Source: Eledone cirrhosa (taxonomy: Eukaryota). Taken from it: DNA of 64,000 nucleotides. Every line of letters begins with the position of its first letter. Position 1 is the stretch's first letter. The stretch spans positions 13,082,001 to 13,146,000 of the forward strand of contig OZ024760.1 in assembly GCA_964016885.1 (NCBI GenBank), in the 5' to 3' direction. The notes under the pieces were generated by a model. That model had not been told where the DNA came from. It made no database searches and saw nothing but the letters and a program-made list of their open reading frames with translations. Below are positions 56,226 through 64,000 of this stretch, one piece after another. The translations under genes were made by a program, and so were the position numbers.

Positions 56226-56653
56226 TATAGATGAAATTTTAAAATTCAATCTACAGAGAACAGAGCAAATGCTTCTGTAAAATGAAAGGTTTTAAAAAGT
56301 TAATAGAAATGTTCTGTTAAGGAAATCACAAATTGTTGCTCTGAAGTCTAGTGGTGGATAAAGAAACAATGGGGAAGACATCTTAGATAGTGCTGCAGGT
56401 TTATCAAGATTTATTCTCAAGTAAGAAATGTTTGTGTTCCAGAAATTAAGACAATTCTAAAGACTCGAGATGACAATAGAAATACATTCAAAGATGTGAT
56501 GTGTATGTATATATATATATATGTGTGTGTGTATATATATATATATATATGTGAATGTGTGTGTATATATATATATATTACCCACTCTACTACCCTAAGT
56601 ATTGAGTACTTTGGTGCGTTATGGTCCACCTGGTTCCTTACCACATTTCCTTC

Positions 56654-56693
<40 letters not shown>

Positions 56694-57103
56694 ACAAAAC
56701 ATAAGTCAATTGCATGAACTCATAATCCTTTATTTACTGCTATATATATTTTGATGATAGCCATTGAATGGCTATGACCTCACCAGGCAGTTAGTCAGTT
56801 CTTAGATATGTCAGCTCTGTGTTTATGGTGTTGATGGTATCAGAGCCTTGGGACATATATATACATTTACATGTGTATATATCTATACATATATATATAT
56901 ATATATATGTATAGATATATACACATGTAAATGTATATATATACATATATATAACAAAGAAAGTGTGGTAAGAAACATAGTGGACCATAACATGCGTAGG
57001 GTAGTAGAGTGGGTAATAGGAAAAGAGTTAGGACCCTGGCGGCTGAGTTCCTGCCGTTTCGACAGCTATATACATATATATATGTATATATATATACAGG
57101 TAC

Positions 57104-57138
<35 letters not shown>

Positions 57139-57579
57139 GGAACGAGTAGGACCCCGACGGCTGAGCTCAAGCTGTTTCGACGGCTAATTCTGGACTAAAA
57201 AGCCATTGGGGTCCTACTCGTTCCTATTACCCACTCTACTACCCTAAGTATTGAGTACTTTGCTTCATTTCTATGACCTTTTCTGTTTCCAACTGAAATT
57301 TCAATACTTATATATATATATATACATACTTATATGTATATATATATATGTGTATATATATATATATGTGTGTATATATATATGTAAATGTGGTTGGTGT
57401 TAGGAAGGGCATCCAGCCGTAGAAAACCTGCCAGATAGTCCTATATGAGCGAGACACGGTCACCCAACCAAACCTTGCCTCAAGTGGGACAACTCCCGTC
57501 TAACTCATGCTAGCGTGGAAAGTGGACGTTAAACGAAGATGATGATGATGTTGATGTGTATATATATATATATAAAATA

Positions 57580-57890
57580 GGTTTTGGCCAGTATTGGCCC
57601 AGACCATGTCTAACTTAATAGCACCACCTGGTGAAGTCTTGCAAATCAGGATTTGGGCACCATGGCCCACTCAAGTAGAGAGTTATTGTTTACGGAGACA
57701 TATCCGGGTGTAGGAGGTTTATCTGGGATTTCTTGAAGGAATTTGTCTAAAGACTTTTTGAACTTTAAGGTGTCTGTTTCTGTTTTAATGTTAAAGAGAG
57801 TGGGGCCAATTGAGGTGAAATAATTGTGCTGTATTGTTGTAATGAGATGCGAGTGAGATTTTTGTTGTGGGTGGATAGCACGGGTCACAA
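57580..57890 (-). mobile_element. CR1-group LINE 3' fragment
   Basis: GPTLFN…FKKSLDKFLQEIPDKP…PGY…NSLLEW, the C-terminal pattern of invertebrate CR1-group ORF2. Confidence 0.65.
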
Positions 57891-57933
57891 GCCTTAACCC
57901 TAACTAGCAGTGAAAGCAGATATTAAAACGACA

Positions 57934-57965
<32 letters not shown>

Positions 57966-58318
57966 TGTGGGATGCTGGATACAAGTTCAGATTCTATATA
58001 TATATATCATCAGCTGTCTTTGTGACACTTTGATCAGCTTCATGAACCTGTTATTGATTCAATCAGCTGAACGTATGATACTTTGATCAGCTTACTGAAT
58101 TTTTATTGATTTGATCAGCTGAGCATATGAAACTTTGACCTGTTCTTTGAACCTATCATTTCCTACTATAGCAAGCATAAAACTAACATATTTCTCCATT
58201 GTACTGTGTTTTTTTGTTTCTGTTTACTTTTTACATATGTATTTGTGTGTATGTGCGTGTATATATATTATACGTGTATATATATATATATATGTATACA
58301 TATATATATATATGCATG

Positions 58319-58353
<35 letters not shown>

Positions 58354-58581
58354 AGGTATTGACGGACCCAACATATTTAACAATGCCAGGACCGGTTGTA
58401 TCTCAGCGTACTCAATAGGTAATGTAGGATACATTCCCAGAGTATACACATAGTTATACACGTAAACGGGTGCCTATAGTAGTTCCCGTTAAATATATAT
58501 ATATATATATAGATAGATAGACAGACATATACATATATATATATATGCATCTATATATATATAGATAGACAGACATATATA

Positions 58582-58942
58582 TCATCATCATCATCATTTT
58601 ACGTCCGCTTTTCCCTGCTTGCAGGGGTAGGACGGGTCTTATTCAGCACAGCATCTCTCCACTCGTCATGGTCCCTCGTCATCTCCACCATGAGCTTCAA
58701 TGATCTGAGGTCTGTTCTCACCACCTCCGCCCATGTTTTTCGTGGTCTACCTCTACCACGTCTTCCTTCAACTGGCAATTCCTGGCACTTCTTTATCCAT
58801 CGGTCATCTTCCATGCGCATCACGTGTCCATACCACCTCAGTCTCCTCTCCCGTACACTACATTCTATCCTTCTCAGACACAGTCTCTCTCTCAACACAT
58901 TTATGCTGGGTCGTTCACGCACATTTACACTGCACATCCAAC
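58582..58942 (-). mobile_element. RTE LINE 3' end
   Basis: RRLRWYGHVMRME…GRGRPRKTW; tail ggacgtaaaa(tga)n. Confidence 0.85.
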
Positions 58943-59002
<60 letters not shown>

Positions 59003-59044
59003 GCATATATATATATATATATATACATAGATAGATAGACACAC

Positions 59045-59081
<37 letters not shown>

Positions 59082-59335
59082 CGTGTTTGTGTATAGAACA
59101 ATAAAAAAAACAAGACAGAAGTCAAGTGCAGCTAATTAATTGATTGTATTACGATCGTTTCAGAGGATCAATTGATCGTAGAAGATCGAAGTATTGACTA
59201 ACATAGTAGTGGTTAGGTCACTACCTATTTCTAGTATCGAGATTTCTGTTCGATCAACCGTCTTCTTCACTAAAACATGAAAGACAGACGTAATTGGAAT
59301 GTGTATATATGTATAGATATATAGACACACATTTC

Positions 59336-59370
<35 letters not shown>

Positions 59371-59524
59371 TATATATATGTATATATATATATACACACA
59401 CACATATATATGACTCCAGTTCCTCAGTGAATTAACAACCCAACAAGGAACTGGGCATATCAGAGTATTGACAATATTATACACCTAAACAACATATGTA
59501 CTTGTCTATACCATACTAATTCAA

Positions 59525-59579
59525 ACTGCCTGAAGAGGTCACAGCCAAAGATGGCTGTCACTGAAATATATATAGCAGT
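59525..59579 (+). ncRNA. Hammerhead ribozyme (same family as 30902)
   Basis: actgc-CUGAAGA-stem II (G-U closing pair)-GAAA-tatata-UA^-gcagt. Confidence 0.7.
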
Positions 59580-59636
59580 AATAAACGAAGCTAAATTTTA
59601 ATCATTTGACTTTTATTTAACTTTATTTTATATATA

Positions 59637-59692
<56 letters not shown>

Positions 59693-59693
59693 C

Positions 59694-59876
<183 letters not shown>

Positions 59877-59877
59877 C

Positions 59878-59933
<56 letters not shown>

Positions 59934-59952
59934 ATATATATATATGTATATA

Positions 59953-60270
59953 TATCACAGAAAAGAGAATTAGTGTTGTGACGAAAGGAATTTAGTGGAC
60001 ATATTCCAAATGTTTCTCGGGCGACCAGCTCGAGGCAAGATCGATGTGGTGATCAAACCTGACTCTGAAATCTCTCGGTTGTCGGATCCGTCTCGATTCT
60101 ACGATAGGAAAATCTGCTTCGTAGAATCGAGACGGATCCGACAACCGAGAGATTTCAGAGTCAGGTTTGATCAGCACATCGATCTTGCCTCGAGCTGGTC
60201 GCCCGAGAAACATTTGGAATATGTCCACTAAATTCCTTTCGTCACAACACTAATTCTCTTTTCTGTGATA
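59953..60270. repeat. ~150-bp-arm near-perfect inverted repeat with ~14-nt loop
   Basis: Mirror ORFs 59992/59995 arise from it; related to sequences at 33820-33905 and 51720-51790. Confidence 0.9.
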
Positions 60271-60366
60271 CCATACTCTGCTCTACGAGGGCATTGAGTG
60301 CTCATACAGCCTACCTCATACGGACGCTTTAAGCATCCAACACCAACTATATATATATATATATCA

Positions 60367-60406
<40 letters not shown>

Positions 60407-60419
60407 TATATATGTATAT

Positions 60420-60505
<86 letters not shown>

Positions 60506-60620
60506 AATAAAGGACAAACACAGACATTAACAATAGTCTTATAGCGTTCTATACATCCACACACATATATATATATATATATATATACAAATATATACAT
60601 GAATATATATATATATATAT

Positions 60621-60911
60621 AAGTAAATATCTTTAAGTCGTTTGGAAGCCTCGACAATGCAAATGGGTAAATCTCCGGGTAACAAGGTCCGGTGGTGGAG
60701 AGAGAGATGCGTAGTGGGTGTACGTTGAGATGCGTGGTGTGTATAAGATGTGTGAGATGTGTGGAATTCCACACATCTTACACATCTTATACACACCACG
60801 CATCTCAACGTACACCCACTTACATCTCTCTCTCCACCACCGGACCTTGTTACCCGGAGATTTACCCATTTGCATTGTCGAGGCTTCCAAACGACTTAAA
60901 GATATTTACTT
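60621..60911. repeat. Near-perfect spacerless palindrome centred on GAATTC
   Basis: Arms are reverse complements; same family forms a spaced inverted repeat at 52206-52558. Confidence 0.85.
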
Positions 60912-61082
60912 ATTGTTCCACAATGCTTCAAGCAAACTTCAATACTCTCATATATATATATATATATATACACAAATATATACATGAATATATATATATA
61001 CTTTCATACATACGCATACCATACTACGCACACACACACATATATATATATATACTTTCATACATACGCATACCATGCTACG

Positions 61083-61144
<62 letters not shown>

Positions 61145-61193
61145 TCCATGCACGCCCACACACACACATATATATTACACACTCACATATATA

Positions 61194-61226
<33 letters not shown>

Positions 61227-61944
61227 TATATATTACACATACACACACATATATATATATTACACACACACATACATATATATATATATTACACACTCAC
61301 ACACATATATATATATTACACACACACATATATATATATTACACACTCACACACATATATATATATTACACACACATACACATATATATATTACACACAC
61401 ACACACATATATACATTACACACACACACACATAGTGTACCCACACCAACAACAATAACTCAAATAAGAATATTTTACTTTAATAAAACAATGAAGATTG
61501 TGTACAGAGCTGAGGTGTCCAAGAATATGAAACTTAAATTAACCACAAGATCGTAACTGCTGCAAGTTTTATGGTTTTTAAATAATTGTTTCTACTATAG
61601 GCACAATGTCTGCAATTATAGGGGAGGGGGAACATTGATTAGATTGACCTGAGTGTATTACTGGTATTTTGTTTTGTCGAGTTCATAAGAATGAAAGTAA
61701 ATAGATAGATAGGTAGATTATAGATAGACACATATATAGAGATAGATAGACATGTATATATATATAGAGATAGATAGACATGTATATATATAGAGAGAGA
61801 TAGACATGTATATATATATAGAGAGAGATAGATAGATAGATAGATAGATAGATAGGTAGATTATAGATAGACACATATATAGAGATAGATAGACATGTAT
61901 ATATATAGAGATAGATAGACATGTATATATATATATAGAGAGAG

Positions 61945-61976
<32 letters not shown>

Positions 61977-61978
61977 TA

Positions 61979-62020
<42 letters not shown>

Positions 62021-62079
62021 TAATAGATAGATTGATATACAGATAGACAGACAGACAGACAGAAGTAAGGTGTACTTAC

Positions 62080-63375
62080 CAGTGGTCGTTTAAACACCAT
62101 TCTCTCGTATTTATCTTCACCACTGTATACATAACTAAGAGATGAAATATCTGGAGGGAAACTATTATCCACAAATAAAAGGGCTCCAACATCTATACCT
62201 TCTGGATTTAAACAACAATCATCATCTACATCTAACTTTGTTCCTCTTCCTTCTTCATCCTCTTCATTTTCTTTTTCTTTTTCTTCTGGCTTTAATTTAG
62301 AATTAGTGTTGCTCCGTTCGGGTTTTGTCTCACCCTCCCTCTCACGTTGTGTCTCTGAATCCCCCAATATAGGGACGTCCGAACCAACCTGTGTGTTTTT
62401 AGACCAGATACCGCCTGATACACTTTCGAGTTGAACACCAACTGTGTTCTCTTGTTGTTGTTGTTGTTGTTGGTGGTGTTGTGGTTGTTGTTGTTCTCTC
62501 TGTTCCTGTTGTTTACTATCATGCTGTTGTTGTTGTTGTAATTCTAGCTGTTGTTGTTGTTCTAGAAGTTTCCTGCAATGTCGACCAAGGAACTGTTCCT
62601 TCAGTGCCAAAAACTCTGGGTTCTGTATCACCTGTCGGTTCCCCTTCTGTCCCTGTTCCACGGCCCTTGAGGTCCGGACTGATGTTGTGGGGGTTGAGAC
62701 AGCAGCAGCAGCAGCAGCTATAGCAGCAACTGCTGGTGATGGTGATGGTGATGATGATGATGTTGATGATGATGTTGATGTTAAAAATGATGATGGTGAT
62801 GGTGATGATGATGCTGCTACTGCTGCTGCTGCTGCCGTTGTTGATGTTATTGTTGTTGTTTTTGTTGTTGTTGTTGCCGGTGGTGGTGGGGTGGCTGCTG
62901 GTGGTGATGTCGGGGATGTGGGCAGGGAGTGTGTCAGTGAGGGTTGCAACGGTGGGGATGAAGGTAAGGAGAGTGGTGGTGGTGGTGGTGGTGGTGGTGG
63001 AGGCGGCGGTTGTGGCGGCGGTGGTGGAGGTGGTAGTGGTGGTGGTCGAGGTTTGGAGGGGGTGACTGAGGACAGTGTTGCCGTGGTGGTGGTGGTGGTG
63101 GTGGTGGTGGTGGTGATGGTGGTGGCTTTTGATGAACACGATGGTGGTGATGATGATGCTGATATTGCTGTTGTTGTTGCTGCTGCTGATGACGGTGATG
63201 ATGATGATGGTGGTGATGGAGGCGGAGGGGATGGTGATGGAGGTGAAGGCGAGGGTGGCGGTGCTGGAGGGGGAGGGAGGGGTAATGTTGACATAGGTGC
63301 TGACAACGATAACGGAGATGATGATGATGATGACGACGATGATGATGATGTCTTTGTTGACAGTGCTGTTGTCAT
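62080..63375 (-). CDS. Calpain-like gene exon 1: low-complexity N-terminus and start of CysPc
   Basis: LFVDNSFPPDISSL…FKRPL|GTAAGT corresponds to calpain LFxDxxFPxxxxSL…WKRP; the true start is uncertain and could lie upstream. Confidence 0.75.
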
Positions 63376-64000
63376 TGTTGTTGTTGTTGTTGTTGTTGTA
63401 GTTCCTTAAACTCCAATAGTTGTTGTAGTTGTTGTTGTTGTAGTTGTTGGCGTCTTCTTGGTAAAGTCCAAACTGTTGTTGTTGTTGTTGTTGTTTTCTT
63501 CTTGGTATAGTCCTTAATACTGTTGTTGTTGTTGTTACTGTGTTGTTATTGTTACTAGTGTTGTTGTTGTTGTTACTGTTGTAGTTACTATTGTTGTTGT
63601 TGTTGTTGTTACTATTGTTGTTGTTGTTGTTGTTACTGCTGTTGTTGTTGTTTATCTTCTTAGTAAAGTCCAAAATGCTGTTGTTTTTCTTCACCTTGGT
63701 ATAATCCTTAATGTTGTTGTTGTTGTTGCTGTTGTTGTTGTTGTAGTTGTTGGTGTTGTTGTTGGTGTTGTTGTTGGTGTTGTTGGTGTTGTTGTTGTTG
63801 TTGTTACTCAAGTTCCCCCAGTTGTAACTACAATTGATATTGTTGATATGATTCTTAACACTGCTGCTGCTACCGTTGCTGCTGGTACTGCTGCTGTTGT
63901 TGCTGCTACAGTTGCTGCTGTTGTTGCTGCTACAGTTGCTGCTGTTGTAGTTGTTGTTGCTGTTGCTGTTTCTGTAGCTGCTGCTGCTGCTGTTGCTGCT

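Noticed and set aside
59992-60231. Identical-looking ORFs on both strands
   Set aside because: Consequence of the DNA palindrome; no protein features
62444-63409. 321-aa plus-strand ORF
   Set aside because: Antisense shadow of the trinucleotide-rich calpain-like exon

Overview
This is AT-rich, microsatellite-dense animal genomic DNA. The SINE/RTE repertoire resembles Octopus or another coleoid cephalopod (recognition, not a database result). Two spliced genes can be assembled with phase-consistent GT-AG junctions. The first is EBAG9/RCAS1 on + (5 coding exons, 4467-10669, ~209 aa). The second, convergent on -, is a 12-exon calpain-like gene (16577-63375, ~1400 aa). Its CysPc domain appears to have lost all three catalytic residues, it has a ~500-aa Ser-rich insert before domain III, no EF-hands, and a predicted CaaX-like end (CKLS). 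A third gene probably starts divergently from the EBAG9 promoter. The most striking non-coding signal is nine minimal type-I hammerhead ribozyme motifs with intact cores, plus relics. They belong to several sequence-unrelated short elements inserted in (TA)n tracts, often folded back as long inverted repeats and sharing a downstream TACTC...GAGTRC motif. One lies next to a Penelope-like ORF fragment, so they are probably Penelope-type pseudo-LTRs. Also present are tRNA-derived SINEs, RTE and CR1-group LINE ends, a non-autonomous Helitron, TTAA MITEs and several minisatellites. Most ORFs in the supplied track are microsatellite artefacts. All folds and alignments were done by eye.
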